This document shows, piece by piece, positions 28,331 through 37,999 of a stretch of DNA of 64,000 nt. The stretch's first letter is position 1. Every line of letters starts with the position of its first letter. Below the pieces are notes generated by a model. It saw only the letters and a list, made by a program, of their open reading frames with translations, was not told where the DNA came from and searched no databases. The stretch is taken from contig OZ245015.1 in assembly GCA_965223705.1 (NCBI GenBank), positions 3,648,001 through 3,712,000 on the forward strand, in the 5' to 3' direction. The position numbers were made by a program, and so were the translations under genes. This stretch comes from Myxococcota bacterium (GTDB lineage Bacteria > Myxococcota_A > UBA9160 > UBA6930).

Positions 28331-29071
28331 CTAGTCTCCAGATAGGTGCTTTCGTCGACCCTCACGGTCGAGTGGGAATCCGAAACGATCGCCATCGTCC
28401 CATCGCTTCGGTTGATTGCCCCCGACCGGAAAGCCACCCTTCTCCTTGAGCATCTGCGCCATGTGCATGAGGTTGTACGTCATGATCGTCGTGTTCTTGT
28501 TCGTGAAGTCGTTGGCAAAGCCCACTGGCGTCGCACCTTTGTCGTCGGCGTCGCCGTAGCTGGGGCCAGGGCCGGCTTCGCCGATCCAACCCGCGTCCGC
28601 CTGGGGTGGAATGCAATAGCCGATATGCTGAAGTGCATACAGGATCCGGCTGCCGCATGCTTTGATCCCGTCCTCATTCCCCGTAACGAGGCAGCCTCCC
28701 ACCTTCCCGTAGTAGGCGTACTGGCCGGCTTCGTTTGTCTTCGAGCTGCTGCTGTACAGGCGTTCGAGTACGAGCGCGCAGACGCTCGAAATCGCACCGA
28801 GCCAGATGGGCGTCCCGACCACCAAGATGTCCGCCTGCATGACTCGTTCATAGAGCCGTGGCCAGTCATCCGTCTCAACCCCTTCGTCGGTCATGTCCGG
28901 GGCGATCCCGAAGGCAACGCCGTGCTCCTGGACGTGAATCGACTCGGCGGCGACGCCGCGGTCGCTCATCACTGCGATCGAGTGATCCAAGAGCGTCTGG
29001 GTATGAGACGAAGCATTGTCCTTCTTCAGACTGCAGTTCAGGTAGAGGGCGTTGAGCCCGGAGAAGTCCAT
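28331..29071 (-). CDS. Flavodoxin-family NAD(P)H-dependent oxidoreductase
   Basis: NCSLK, ADILVVGTPIWLG, GNEDG and GWIGEAGPGPSY motifs. Confidence 0.88.
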   Translation of the reverse strand: MDFSGLNALYLNCSLKKDNASSHTQTLLDHSIAVMSDRGVAAESIHVQEHGVAFGIAPDMTDEGVETDDWPRLYERVMQADILVVGTPIWLGAISSVCALVLERLYSSSSKTNEAGQYAYYGKVGGCLVTGNEDGIKACGSRILYALQHIGYCIPPQADAGWIGEAGPGPSYGDADDKGATPVGFANDFTNKNTTIMTYNLMHMAQMLKEKGGFPVGGNQPKRWDDGDRFGFPLDREGRRKHLSGD

Positions 29072-29085
29072 GTCAGAGTCTCCTA

Positions 29086-29343
29086 TCAGTTGCGCCTCGT
29101 TAGCGGGTTTCTCGGACTCTCGCCGGTTTTCCCGACCGGTGGGCGGGGAAGGTTCCCACTCCGCCCGTCGCTCTCGTCCGACGAGAGCAGACGCGCTGCC
29201 GCGACGCCGATCGCCAATCCGAGGGTGACGAAGCCCGCTCCGGCGAGGGCTCGTCGCCGCCGTGCCGTCCGAGATTGAGCCAAGATCTCTTCGGCCGCAG
29301 CGTACGCGGCCGGCGCGTTGAGTAAGAGCTTGGACAAGAACAT
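29086..29343 (-). CDS. Small single-TM protein
   Basis: GGAGG RBS; in operon order. Confidence 0.6.
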   Translation of the reverse strand: MFLSKLLLNAPAAYAAAEEILAQSRTARRRRALAGAGFVTLGLAIGVAAARLLSSDESDGRSGNLPRPPVGKTGESPRNPLTRRN

Positions 29344-29367
29344 AAGATCCTCCGGTATGGACCGCTC

Positions 29368-29664
29368 TCAGGGATCGGGTGCATCACCCAGCGCGGCGTT
29401 GATTTCCTCGCTCAGAAAGCTCGCCGCAAAGCGGGCGCCTACACCGAGCAGGATCGTGGTGGCGCTCCGCGGGAGACCGCCTCCCGCGGCGAAACCGAGT
29501 CCCGCCGCGACGAGCGCCGCGCCAATGGGATAGTCCTGCACGCGGCGGCGCAGGAACCCGCCGGTGTCCTCAGCGAGGCGTGCCGCCTCTTCTCGGATCT
29601 CGGCCCACTCGGCGAGCTGCTCCTCGTCAGGGGGTGACGGTCGCGCAGGGTCCCACTTCGTCAC
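29368..29664 (-). CDS. DUF883/ElaB-like membrane-anchored protein
   Basis: VQDYPIGAALVAAGLGF. Confidence 0.6.
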   Translation of the reverse strand: MTKWDPARPSPPDEEQLAEWAEIREEAARLAEDTGGFLRRRVQDYPIGAALVAAGLGFAAGGGLPRSATTILLGVGARFAASFLSEEINAALGDAPDP

Positions 29665-29819
29665 GACCGCCGTCCGACTCGAGTGAGTTTCGCGGCGAGA
29701 AAGCCGACGACGAAGGTGCCGGTCAGGGAAGCGACGGGATGCTCACGGATCAATTTTCGCAACCCGGCGAGCTTACGCGGCTGCGCAACCGTCTCTCGCT
29801 GTGTCATTGGTTGGCTCAA
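29661..29819 (-). CDS. 52-aa tail-anchored ElaB-like protein (not in ORF track)
   Basis: AGGAG + TTG; ...LIREHPVASLTGTFVVGFLAAKLTRVGRRS; stop overlaps the next start. Confidence 0.6.
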   Translation of the reverse strand: MSQPMTQRETVAQPRKLAGLRKLIREHPVASLTGTFVVGFLAAKLTRVGRRS

Positions 29820-29828
29820 TGCATTCTC

Positions 29829-30020
29829 CTATCTGCGTCCAAGCCACCAGCCCGCGAGAAACGCGCCACCGGCCCAGGACAGGGGCTTCCGTCGAATCCA
29901 CTCGCGCGCTCGCACCGAGCGCCGCGCCGCAGTCCGCAAGCGCTCGACCGCCACCTGAAGCTCGACTTGGCGCCTGGCCATTTCACGTCGAAGCTGCTCG
30001 ATGTCCTCATCCATGCTCAA
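29829..30020 (-). CDS. Small coiled-coil protein with C-terminal anchor
   Basis: WIRRKPLSWAGGAFLAGWWLGRR. Confidence 0.6.
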   Translation of the reverse strand: MSMDEDIEQLRREMARRQVELQVAVERLRTAARRSVRAREWIRRKPLSWAGGAFLAGWWLGRR

Positions 30021-30361
30021 GGCCTCGCACGCTCGTCGCCTTCGGAGCTCAGCCTTTGCGCCCGACGTCGAGACAAAGCAACGGCAAGCGCGGCGAGGAT
30101 GGCGTCCGCGAGACCGACGAGGGCACTTGCCGCCGCGCGCGACATCACGTCGGAGAGCAACTCGACCCCCGAATACGACAGCCAGAAGAGTGCGACCACC
30201 GCAATCAGAAGGGCGCCGAGACCGAGGAGAGCGCTCTCGCTGACCAGGCGAATCTCGGCGACGAGCAGGTCGATGCGTGCGAGCAGCAGCTTCTGCCCAC
30301 TGTCATACACCCTCTCCGCCGCGCCGACGACGTCTCGGCTTGACACGGCTCTCGGTTCCAC
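30017..30361 (-). CDS. YqjE/holin-X-like two-TM protein
   Basis: LLLARIDLLVAEIR followed by 2 TM segments. Confidence 0.65.
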   Translation of the reverse strand: MEPRAVSSRDVVGAAERVYDSGQKLLLARIDLLVAEIRLVSESALLGLGALLIAVVALFWLSYSGVELLSDVMSRAAASALVGLADAILAALAVALSRRRAQRLSSEGDERARP

Positions 30362-30373
30362 AGCGCGCTCCGC

Positions 30374-31075
30374 CTAGCCGATTTCCTCTCGGAAGGCTCC
30401 GGTTGGCTCCGCGCGTTCCTCGATGAAGTCTTGGAAACGCTCGAGATCGCCGCGCACTCGGCGCCGCACAACACCGAGGGTGTCACCCAGGCGCTCAAGC
30501 GCTCCTTCCGGCTGATAGTCCATCTGTAACATCACCTTGCACGTCTCGTCGGTGAGCCGGTGAAAGGTCACGACGCCACCGCGAATCGGACCGGATGTGC
30601 TACGCCACGCAATGCGCCGATCCGGAAGTTGTTCGGTGATCTCCGCGTCCCATTCCTGTGCTTGACCCGCGAACTCGGCTTTCCAGTGCAGATGACGGTT
30701 GTCGATCTGGTGGACACTCTGAATGCCCTGCATAAAGCGAGGAAACTCCTCGAACTGGGTCCACTGGTTGTAGGCCTGCGTCACGGGAACCTCGAGGACG
30801 ATCGATTCTTCGATGTTGCTGGGCGAGTCCGACAGTTGCACCTGCTCGCGGACCCGCTGGTAGCGCTCGCGCAAACGCTGTCGTGTCTCGGGGCCGCTGC
30901 GCGGATTGAGCAGCGTTCCGAGCGCGCCGCCGACGGCCATACCAAAGCCGACGCCTGCCCAGAAGCGGGGATCCGCGCCTGCGGGAGGGCGCCCCCAGTG
31001 GCGCACGGGTGTGCGCCGCAATAGGCGCTGGAGATCGCGCACGGCCGGCAAAAGAGGTTGGCTCGGGTAATTCAT
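30374..31075 (-). CDS. SRPBCC/cyclase-family protein with YtxH-like N-terminal anchor
   Basis: AYNQWTQFEEFPRFM, EWDAEITEQ.PD.RIAWRS; LLNPRSGPETR. Confidence 0.9.
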   Translation of the reverse strand: MNYPSQPLLPAVRDLQRLLRRTPVRHWGRPPAGADPRFWAGVGFGMAVGGALGTLLNPRSGPETRQRLRERYQRVREQVQLSDSPSNIEESIVLEVPVTQAYNQWTQFEEFPRFMQGIQSVHQIDNRHLHWKAEFAGQAQEWDAEITEQLPDRRIAWRSTSGPIRGGVVTFHRLTDETCKVMLQMDYQPEGALERLGDTLGVVRRRVRGDLERFQDFIEERAEPTGAFREEIG

Positions 31076-31151
31076 CGATTGTCTCCTGTGTGTCGCGAGC
31101 TGGGATCGGGCAGGATCCGCCTCGCGCGATACGGTTATCGATGGGAGACAG

Positions 31152-31167
31152 AGCACATTTCGTGCCA
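31152..31167 (-). promoter_or_regulatory. sigma54 -24/-12 promoter
   Basis: TGGCACG-AAAT-GTGCT. Confidence 0.7.
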
Positions 31168-31478
31168 TGTTGATCGACGGCCGCTGGCTTCTGGACGGAT
31201 GCCTGCGGAGCTGTGGCGATGCTTCGGGCGTCGCGAGCTGAAAATCGTACAAACCCTTGTTTGAATTGCAGAGATCTCTCGGCAGGTCTGCGATGCCCAT
31301 CAAGAGACTCGATTCCTCGCTGCACTTAGCCCGACGATCGGGCGACGTTGTACAGAGGGGCGGGTGCTTGATTGAGGGACAGTCCTAAACTCGGGGCTGG
31401 CAAGAAAAGAATGGGAGAAGGAAGGGCGCAGCCTTATGGCGCGCCCTTCCCAAATGCCACGCTGAGGCGGCCCGTTTC

Positions 31479-31673
31479 CTACGTGTGATCGTCGAGCTCG
31501 TCCTCGAGCTCTTCTCCCGCGTCTTCGGCCTCGTCTTCGACCTCTTCGACCGCCTCTTCCAACGGCCCTCCGTCGTCGCATGCCGTGACGGCAAGGCTGG
31601 CCAGACCGAGGACGGTGGATCCAACGATTGACAACGCCAGGGTTCGAACCCTTCGCTTCGGGTACGCCATCAT
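31479..31673 (-). CDS. Small acidic lipoprotein
   Basis: VTAC lipobox; DDGGPLEEAVEEVED. Confidence 0.7.
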   Translation of the reverse strand: MMAYPKRRVRTLALSIVGSTVLGLASLAVTACDDGGPLEEAVEEVEDEAEDAGEELEDELDDHT

Positions 31674-32728
31674 CAGCTCCTTGGACGTTCCAGCGCCAGG
31701 TCATCGATCACCGAGTCCACACCCTCCGTCGCACTGGCGGTGCTCAGGGCAGTGACGCGATCGCGCTGACTGGCGACCGTCCCAGTGAGCCGCACGGCGC
31801 GATTCTTGACTTCAACATCGATGCTGGCGTCGCTGAGACTTTGGTGGTCCTTCAATCGTTTCTGCACCGCTGCCAGGACTTCATCGTCCGCCGCCTCGAC
31901 GCGGTTCGCGGCGACATCGGGAACTACCTGGAGCTCGTTCTCAACGGACTTCACCCCGTCGACCTTTCCGACCTCCGCGCCCGCGCGGCGTTTCACATCG
32001 TCGGTTCCTACGATCCCGAAGAGCGTCACCACTCCGCCATCGGTATCGACGTTGATCGCCAAGGGCGACAGACCCGGTTCCCCCATCAGGAACATCTTGG
32101 CCTTCGTGGTGATCCAGGCATCGGAAACCGCACGTTCAGCGCGCTCGGATGTCGTGGTCGCTTCGTCGTCGTACCAAACCTCTTCGTCGCCGAGCTCGTC
32201 GGGGCTGAGGATTTCGCTCTCCACGCGACGCACACCGTCGACGCTGCGCGCGTCCTCCAAGGCACGACGGTGCGCACTCAAGGTGGTTGCCTCCCCGGAG
32301 AGAACGACGATGCCGTCATTGACGGACTTCACAGCGATGTCGCTCTCCTTGAGGGCGTCATCCCGTTCGAGCACCGTTTCGAGCTGTTCCTGCAGCTCGT
32401 CGTCCGCCGCCTCGATGGTATCCCGCGCCTCGCCCGGGACGACGGCGAGGAGGTTGCGCACCTCGCGCACGCCGCGAACTTCCATTGCTCGCTTTTCTGC
32501 GACCGCCTTCTCGGTGTCGGTGGCCGTCTGACCGTGAAGGGTCACGCGGCCGTCGAACGTATCGACGTTGATGTCGAACGTCCCCACGGTCTCGTCGGTC
32601 AGCAGGGCCATCTTCACCTTGGTCGTGATCCAAGCGTCTTCAGGCTGGTCTGCAAGAGCGGGTGCTGCCCACGTCATCAGCAGCGCGACCATCGCCGCGC
32701 TGAAGAGCTTTCGCCGTAGATATCTCAT
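31673..32728 (-). CDS. Secreted four-BON-domain protein
   Basis: Signal peptide; DAWITTK repeats. Confidence 0.92.
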   Translation of the reverse strand: MRYLRRKLFSAAMVALLMTWAAPALADQPEDAWITTKVKMALLTDETVGTFDINVDTFDGRVTLHGQTATDTEKAVAEKRAMEVRGVREVRNLLAVVPGEARDTIEAADDELQEQLETVLERDDALKESDIAVKSVNDGIVVLSGEATTLSAHRRALEDARSVDGVRRVESEILSPDELGDEEVWYDDEATTTSERAERAVSDAWITTKAKMFLMGEPGLSPLAINVDTDGGVVTLFGIVGTDDVKRRAGAEVGKVDGVKSVENELQVVPDVAANRVEAADDEVLAAVQKRLKDHQSLSDASIDVEVKNRAVRLTGTVASQRDRVTALSTASATEGVDSVIDDLALERPRS

Positions 32729-32864
32729 CGTATCTCCCTTAGTTCTTTTAAAGCCGTTCGCAGAATCGAGTTGATGCCAGTTCATCGCTGATGAACCTCC
32801 TCTTCCGTTCGTGAAGTGTTTGTGAACCCTGAATGGCGCGAGGCGGATCTTCCGCCGCGCCCCG

Positions 32865-33038
32865 CTACGTCGGTGGTCGTCCGCGGACGGCGCGAGCCAC
32901 GGCCGCGACGACCGTCAAGACCAGGAACACCACGAAGAGAATCCAAGCGATGTTCGCGGAGGCGCCGGCGAGCCCGGAAAACCCCAGCGTGCCCGCGACC
33001 AGTGCCAGGATCAAAAACGTCAGTGCCCAACCGAGCAT
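32865..33038 (-). CDS. DUF1328 small membrane protein (paralog)
   Basis: [35 protein letters not shown]. Confidence 0.93.
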   Translation of the reverse strand: MLGWALTFLILALVAGTLGFSGLAGASANIAWILFVVFLVLTVVAAVARAVRGRPPT

Positions 33039-33064
33039 GTCGAATCCTCCCCGACTACCGGTTG

Positions 33065-33080
33065 TGCACCAACCGTGCCA
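33065..33080 (-). promoter_or_regulatory. sigma54 -24/-12 promoter
   Basis: TGGCACG-GTTG-GTGCA. Confidence 0.72.
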
Positions 33081-33505
33081 AACGCGCGCACTGCTGGAGT
33101 ACGGATGAGCGCGATACACCACTCGTCGGTTGTAAAAACTGCACTGCAACCGCTCGCAAGGGATGGGATCACGTGAAGCCGTCGGGCTTGAGAATTTCCG
33201 ATAGGCCGTCACATGCTGCTTCCCGGCACCATCTTCTACGTGGGCGCCGCGGACACAGTTGTGAGAAGCGTCCAAACGGGGAGGGGTCCGTCGAATCTGA
33301 TTGCCCTGCTGGCGCTTCTCTTTGTCGGATTGCTGATGGTCGGCCGCGTCGCGCACCGGAAGTTGCACTCAGCGGGGAACGCGGAGGACAAAAAAGGGCC
33401 TCGAGTCCGCCTGAGAGTTAGTCCTGCCAGCGCAATTCCGCGAACTCGGCGTCAACTCGCACTCGGACGCTCCAGAGCGCGCAGACTGAACTCCGGCGGG
33501 GCCCT

Positions 33506-35017
33506 TTACGAGCAGCTGAGCCACATGACGACGGCACCGATCGCGACGATCGGCGCCGAAGCGACCGTGGCGCCTGTGATAAGCCGGCGGCGTCTGCCCC
33601 CCGCCACACCCAGGATTCGACGAACGATCTCTCGGAGCGACGTAGGCTTCTCCGGATCGAGAGCGTTCGCCGTGTCGCAGTCGAGCGTCGCTTGCTGTTC
33701 TGACAGGTCGAGTTGCTCGAGCGTTCGTTCACCACCCCGAAGTGCCTCGATGGCATCGATCAACGATCCCGTCTCTTCGAGCTGCTTTCGCACCGCTACC
33801 GGACTCGTTCCCAAGTGCTCGGCTAGAAGACGCTCCAGGAGAAGCGGACGGCCCGAGGTGGCTCCGACCCCGATGTCGAGCGCCAGGCCGAGTTCGCTGT
33901 CGAGGCCGAACGACCGGTTGCACAAGTTGGCCGAGCCCACCAAGACATGTTTTCCGTCGACGATCGCAAGCTTGGCGTGCACGAAGATAGAGTGCGGGTC
34001 AGATCCTTCTCGTCGCTGCGGCTCGTAGACCCGCAACCGGCGACTTGCAGCGGGATGTTTCGCCAGACGTTGGAGAAAGTGGGCCCGCTTGCTGCCCATG
34101 ACGAGCGTATCGAGCCAACCGTCAGAGGAGTTTGAGAGCACCAACACAATCTCCGGCCCACCTCTCTCGTCGAGTCGGGCCTCCAGCCAATCGACCAGTT
34201 CGGAAGCGGCGAAGTATTGGTTCTCCAAGTAGATCCAGTGCCGCGTCGATCGAACCGCCTCCCGATACCACGCTTCCGTCTCGCGAACCGGCTCATCCCG
34301 AGCCGAGGCCCCGATGGTCCGCACCACGGCACCGGGCACGTCCCATACGTCGGCAACGACATCGGCTGGCCAGAAATCGTCGCGCCGCGGGCGTACTGCC
34401 GGGAGCTCTTCGGTCGCTTGTCCCGCCCAGACCTCTCGCGCGTGACTCGCGACAGCGCGTGCCAGACCTCCGCTCACCACGACCTGCGCGTCGTGCCATG
34501 GCTCGTAGTGCGTGCCCCAAGGATCCGTTCGACCCTCCGATTCGGCCGGATGCTCTTCCCGGTCCCACCGGCCGGCCGTCAGATCGAGACCTCCGACAAA
34601 TGCGAGCTCGTCGTCAACGACGACGAGCTTCTGGTGGTGGCATGCCCCCGGTGAACCCGCATCGAAGTAGTGCACGCTGGCTCTATCACCCAGGCGACGG
34701 TGCAGGCGCTGTCGCGTGAACCATTGGCGATCGAGCCGGAGCGGCCAAGGAGCCTTCCACACTCCCAAGTAGACCCGGAGGTTCGGAGCTCGAGCGATCG
34801 CCGCCGCGAGCGCATGCTCGAGGGAGTGAGGGCCGTCGTCCGCATCGGGGGCCAAGGCGATCCGGCTGTCCATGTCCCAGCCGAGAATGAGAATACGTTC
34901 TTCCGCGTGGGCGAAGGCCCAGCGGAGCGCCGCAAAGTACGCAGCGGCGTCGATCAGAAAGGCCGCGCGATCCGCTTGTGCCCGTCGCCAGCATGTTTCG
35001 CCTTCAACGAGGTTCAT
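33506..35017 (-). CDS. Phospholipase D-family protein
   Basis: Two HKD motifs: HHQKLVVVDD and VHAKLAIVD. Confidence 0.92.
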   Translation of the reverse strand: MNLVEGETCWRRAQADRAAFLIDAAAYFAALRWAFAHAEERILILGWDMDSRIALAPDADDGPHSLEHALAAAIARAPNLRVYLGVWKAPWPLRLDRQWFTRQRLHRRLGDRASVHYFDAGSPGACHHQKLVVVDDELAFVGGLDLTAGRWDREEHPAESEGRTDPWGTHYEPWHDAQVVVSGGLARAVASHAREVWAGQATEELPAVRPRRDDFWPADVVADVWDVPGAVVRTIGASARDEPVRETEAWYREAVRSTRHWIYLENQYFAASELVDWLEARLDERGGPEIVLVLSNSSDGWLDTLVMGSKRAHFLQRLAKHPAASRRLRVYEPQRREGSDPHSIFVHAKLAIVDGKHVLVGSANLCNRSFGLDSELGLALDIGVGATSGRPLLLERLLAEHLGTSPVAVRKQLEETGSLIDAIEALRGGERTLEQLDLSEQQATLDCDTANALDPEKPTSLREIVRRILGVAGGRRRRLITGATVASAPIVAIGAVVMWLSCS

Positions 35018-35099
35018 GCTGACCTCCGCTTCGAGCCGGCGTTCCTGAGTTAGGAGTCACACGCAATGCGAGGATGCGGTCGACGAGAACCTCCGCTTT

Positions 35100-35372
35100 C
35101 TAGGGGCAAGTCGATCGGTCGATCCAGCCAGGAACACCGCCGCAGGTGCGAAGCTTCCCAATCATATCGTAGTGCTCGAGTTTGCGGCGAATCGCGTCGG
35201 AGTCGTGCCGCTCCAACCACTCGTTGGCAACTTCGAGCCGAAGCGTCTGCTCCGGTGCCGGCTGGATCAAGAAAATGTGAAGGTCAAGATCCTCATCGAC
35301 GAAGATCTGGACAGTCGCTTCGTGGAACACCGCTAGCAAGTCTGTGACGTCCTGATGCTTGGCTTCGGTCAT
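35100..35372 (-). CDS. Hypothetical protein
   Basis: GGGAGG RBS; in operon order. Confidence 0.5.
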   Translation of the reverse strand: MTEAKHQDVTDLLAVFHEATVQIFVDEDLDLHIFLIQPAPEQTLRLEVANEWLERHDSDAIRRKLEHYDMIGKLRTCGGVPGWIDRSTCP

Positions 35373-35442
35373 GTTCACGGCGCCTCCCCGCACTTTCTAG
35401 GACACCCCCACCGCGGGAGGGCGAAGCGATAGTCAGTTCCAG

Positions 35443-35877
35443 TCAAGTGCTCGCCGCGCCGCGATCGACCCGGTCACGCAAGGCGGCCTCGAGGATTCGC
35501 AGGTTGCGAAGGTTCGCCTTGAAACCGGCGTCGAATAGATCTCCCAGCAAGGGCACGCTTCCGACCGTCGCCTCGATCGCCGCATTCCCGAGCATCTTCG
35601 CGATCGGCCGCACTCCGATTCCGAGCCGGGACGCTTCGATGATCAGGTACAAGGTGACGGTGACGCCCATGAGGTCGCCCACCCCGGGAATGAGGCCGAG
35701 CACAGCGTCGTAACCGACTCGGAATCGCGTGCCGGGCACGCGCCAAGCGGCATCCATCCACCAGCTAATGCGTTGGATATACCCGAGCGCACGTTCGAGG
35801 CGAAGCTGCTCGAGGAACTTAGGATCGAGTTGCGAGACACCCCGAGGTTCCCCACTCGACGCGAGCTCGAAAATCAC
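35443..35877 (-). CDS. DUF4112-family protein
   Basis: MDAAWRVPGTRFRVG.D..LGLIPGVGD; GDLFDAGFKANLRN. Confidence 0.88.
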   Translation of the reverse strand: MIFELASSGEPRGVSQLDPKFLEQLRLERALGYIQRISWWMDAAWRVPGTRFRVGYDAVLGLIPGVGDLMGVTVTLYLIIEASRLGIGVRPIAKMLGNAAIEATVGSVPLLGDLFDAGFKANLRNLRILEAALRDRVDRGAAST

Positions 35878-36167
35878 GGATCCCCCTCACCCGGCCTGGG
35901 ACGAAAAACGAGTCGGTAGAGGTAGCTCGTCATGTGCCTCCGCGGATTAGCACTCTGGCTGCGGAGTTACACAGCCCGTTGCAACGCCTACAAGGCGCGT
36001 GAGCACCCGCGTTGAGAAATTTCGCTTCGCCTCGATCAAACCGCAGGCGATCCTCGGCCCGGTCAGCTTCTTCCGGGGGATGGTTCGCGTCGTTCGGACG
36101 GGCGTGCACGACGACGGATATGCCTCGTGCGCTCGGTCCCAGCCTGACTCCTGTCATCGGAATTCTC

Positions 36168-37163
36168 CTAGAGTTTGAAGGACAGACTGACGGCGCCGAA
36201 AATCTGTTCTTTCTCTTGTGTTTCAAACTCCTCCGTGCGACCGACCACCGTCAGGGCGAGTTGAGCCCGCAGCAACTGAATGACGACGCCGACCTGTACG
36301 TCGAGCACGAAGGGACGACGATCGACTTCGAGGCTGTCCCGTATTGTGTTCCCATCGAGAAAGATGTTGTAGGCCACGGCTCGACCGGCGGCGCCCGCGA
36401 AGACGTACCACCCGAAGCCATCGCTCGGGTTGAAAAATCCTCCGCCGGCGAGGCTCGGACGGATACGCGGAGGTCCGTAGTCGTCGGCGAGGTCGTTTCC
36501 GAGGCGCAACGTGAGGCCCGCCGTCGCTTGGGTCAGGACGTTGCCGAGTGAGAACCCCGCGTTGGGGGTGATGTCAACGCCGAGACCTACAGCCTCCCAC
36601 TCCGCTAGAGCACGCCACTTTCGATCGAAGGTCACGACAACGCCCGCTTCGTGGCGTAGCTGGTTGTCCCATCCCTTCGGCTCGTCGGAGTGAATAAGCT
36701 CGTGAATGTTCGTTTGAGTCCACTCCCCGCCTGCGTCGGGACCCACCACGCCCCCCTGCAGCGAAAGTGTGTCGAGACTGTGTTCTCGCTCGACCAGGAT
36801 CGACAAGTCCGCGTACAACCACCCCGCGTATGGATGCTGATCGGGGAGCGGCGCTTCTTCTTCAATATCCTGCGGCGTGAACATGCTCTGCCCGATGGCG
36901 ATTCCGAAGCGCACGACATCCTCCTCTTCCGCAGCGAGGAGAAGACCCGCGAGCCCGTCGACGATGCCCCAGACACGATCGGGCCCGGTGAGGTAGCCGA
37001 GTCGGACGCCGCTGGTGTAGTTGCGATCGGTTCCACCGGCAACGGCGTCGTTTTCGACGGTGAGCGACAACGTGCCCAGGTCGGCTGCGAGAGAACTGGT
37101 GGAAAGCATGAGAGCGATAACGAACGAAGCGAGATGTTGTTTCATGGAAGCGACCGACTCCAT
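36168..37163 (-). CDS. LpxR (DUF2219)-family outer-membrane lipid A deacylase-like protein
   Basis: ENDA..TDRNYTSG, GQSMFTP, HPYAGWLY and GWDNQL motifs. Confidence 0.88.
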   Translation of the reverse strand: MESVASMKQHLASFVIALMLSTSSLAADLGTLSLTVENDAVAGGTDRNYTSGVRLGYLTGPDRVWGIVDGLAGLLLAAEEEDVVRFGIAIGQSMFTPQDIEEEAPLPDQHPYAGWLYADLSILVEREHSLDTLSLQGGVVGPDAGGEWTQTNIHELIHSDEPKGWDNQLRHEAGVVVTFDRKWRALAEWEAVGLGVDITPNAGFSLGNVLTQATAGLTLRLGNDLADDYGPPRIRPSLAGGGFFNPSDGFGWYVFAGAAGRAVAYNIFLDGNTIRDSLEVDRRPFVLDVQVGVVIQLLRAQLALTVVGRTEEFETQEKEQIFGAVSLSFKL

Positions 37164-37187
37164 CGTGTGGTTCTACGGCTCCCTCCG

Positions 37188-37203
37188 TGCATTTCCCGTG
37201 CCT
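37188..37203 (-). promoter_or_regulatory. sigma54 -24/-12 promoter
   Basis: AGGCACG-GGAA-ATGCA. Confidence 0.58.
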
Positions 37204-37210
37204 GTCGGTC

Positions 37211-37226
37211 TGGCACGCAATCTGCA
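37211..37226 (+). promoter_or_regulatory. sigma54 -24/-12 promoter
   Basis: TGGCACG-CAAT-CTGCA. Confidence 0.75.
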
Positions 37227-37288
37227 ATCGCTCTCCGTCGAAAACCAAGCGGATCGCCTCCCGGCAACCCGCAAAGGAGATAGACGCG

Positions 37289-37894
37289 ATGAGAGTTGTA
37301 ATTTTTACTAGCCTGCTGGCAGCCTTGATAAGTACCGGCGCACTTTCCCAAGCCATTCCGGAATCGAAGACACTGGTCGGCGAGATCACGAAGATCGATC
37401 GCGGAACTCGTGAGGCTCATATGTTGACGGAGGCAGGAGAGATCGAGGTCGACTACACCGTTGTGACACGCTTCGGCAAGGAGAACAGAGGACTCACAGG
37501 ACGGGACTCCCTCGAGGTAGGTGATGCCGTCCGCGTGATCTTCGTCGGAGCCCCTGACTCGGTCAATTCCCGCGTCGAGTTCGTGGAGATCCTCGGGAAG
37601 AACGACCCGGCCTACCGCGATTTCGTCCAGAAGAAGGGCACGATCGACCGCTCGGAGCGAATCCGCGTTTCCGAAACAAGGATTCGAGGCACTGAGGCCC
37701 GCGCGGAGTCCGCTGCGCCGAGCCCGCGAACCGATGTCGTCGCGCAGAACCGACGGAACTCGGAGATAGGTCGCCAACAGAACGTCGCGCGCCTTCCGGA
37801 TACGGCGAGCCTGCTCCCGCTGTTCGTCGCCACGGGCCTGGGTTCTGCGGCTGTCGCTGGAACGCTTCGTACTTTGCGGCGACGACGCCGCTAG
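37289..37894 (+). CDS. Second LPDTA sortase substrate, paralog of 3296-3904
   Basis: Shared GRDSLEVGDAVRVIF and DPAYRDFV; LPDTA + TM + RRRRR. Confidence 0.87.
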   Translation: MRVVIFTSLLAALISTGALSQAIPESKTLVGEITKIDRGTREAHMLTEAGEIEVDYTVVTRFGKENRGLTGRDSLEVGDAVRVIFVGAPDSVNSRVEFVEILGKNDPAYRDFVQKKGTIDRSERIRVSETRIRGTEARAESAAPSPRTDVVAQNRRNSEIGRQQNVARLPDTASLLPLFVATGLGSAAVAGTLRTLRRRRR

Positions 37895-37999
37895 CGGATC
37901 CGCTGTAAAGAACGGCACGCGCTGAAACACCGGCCGGCGGGACGTCGAACGTCTCGTGGGCCGGGATTCGCGCCGCAGTACTACGCCAAGGAGACGCCA

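Noticed and set aside
30017..30361. Phage holin
   Set aside because: YqjE-like family member in a stress operon; no lysis or phage genes nearby
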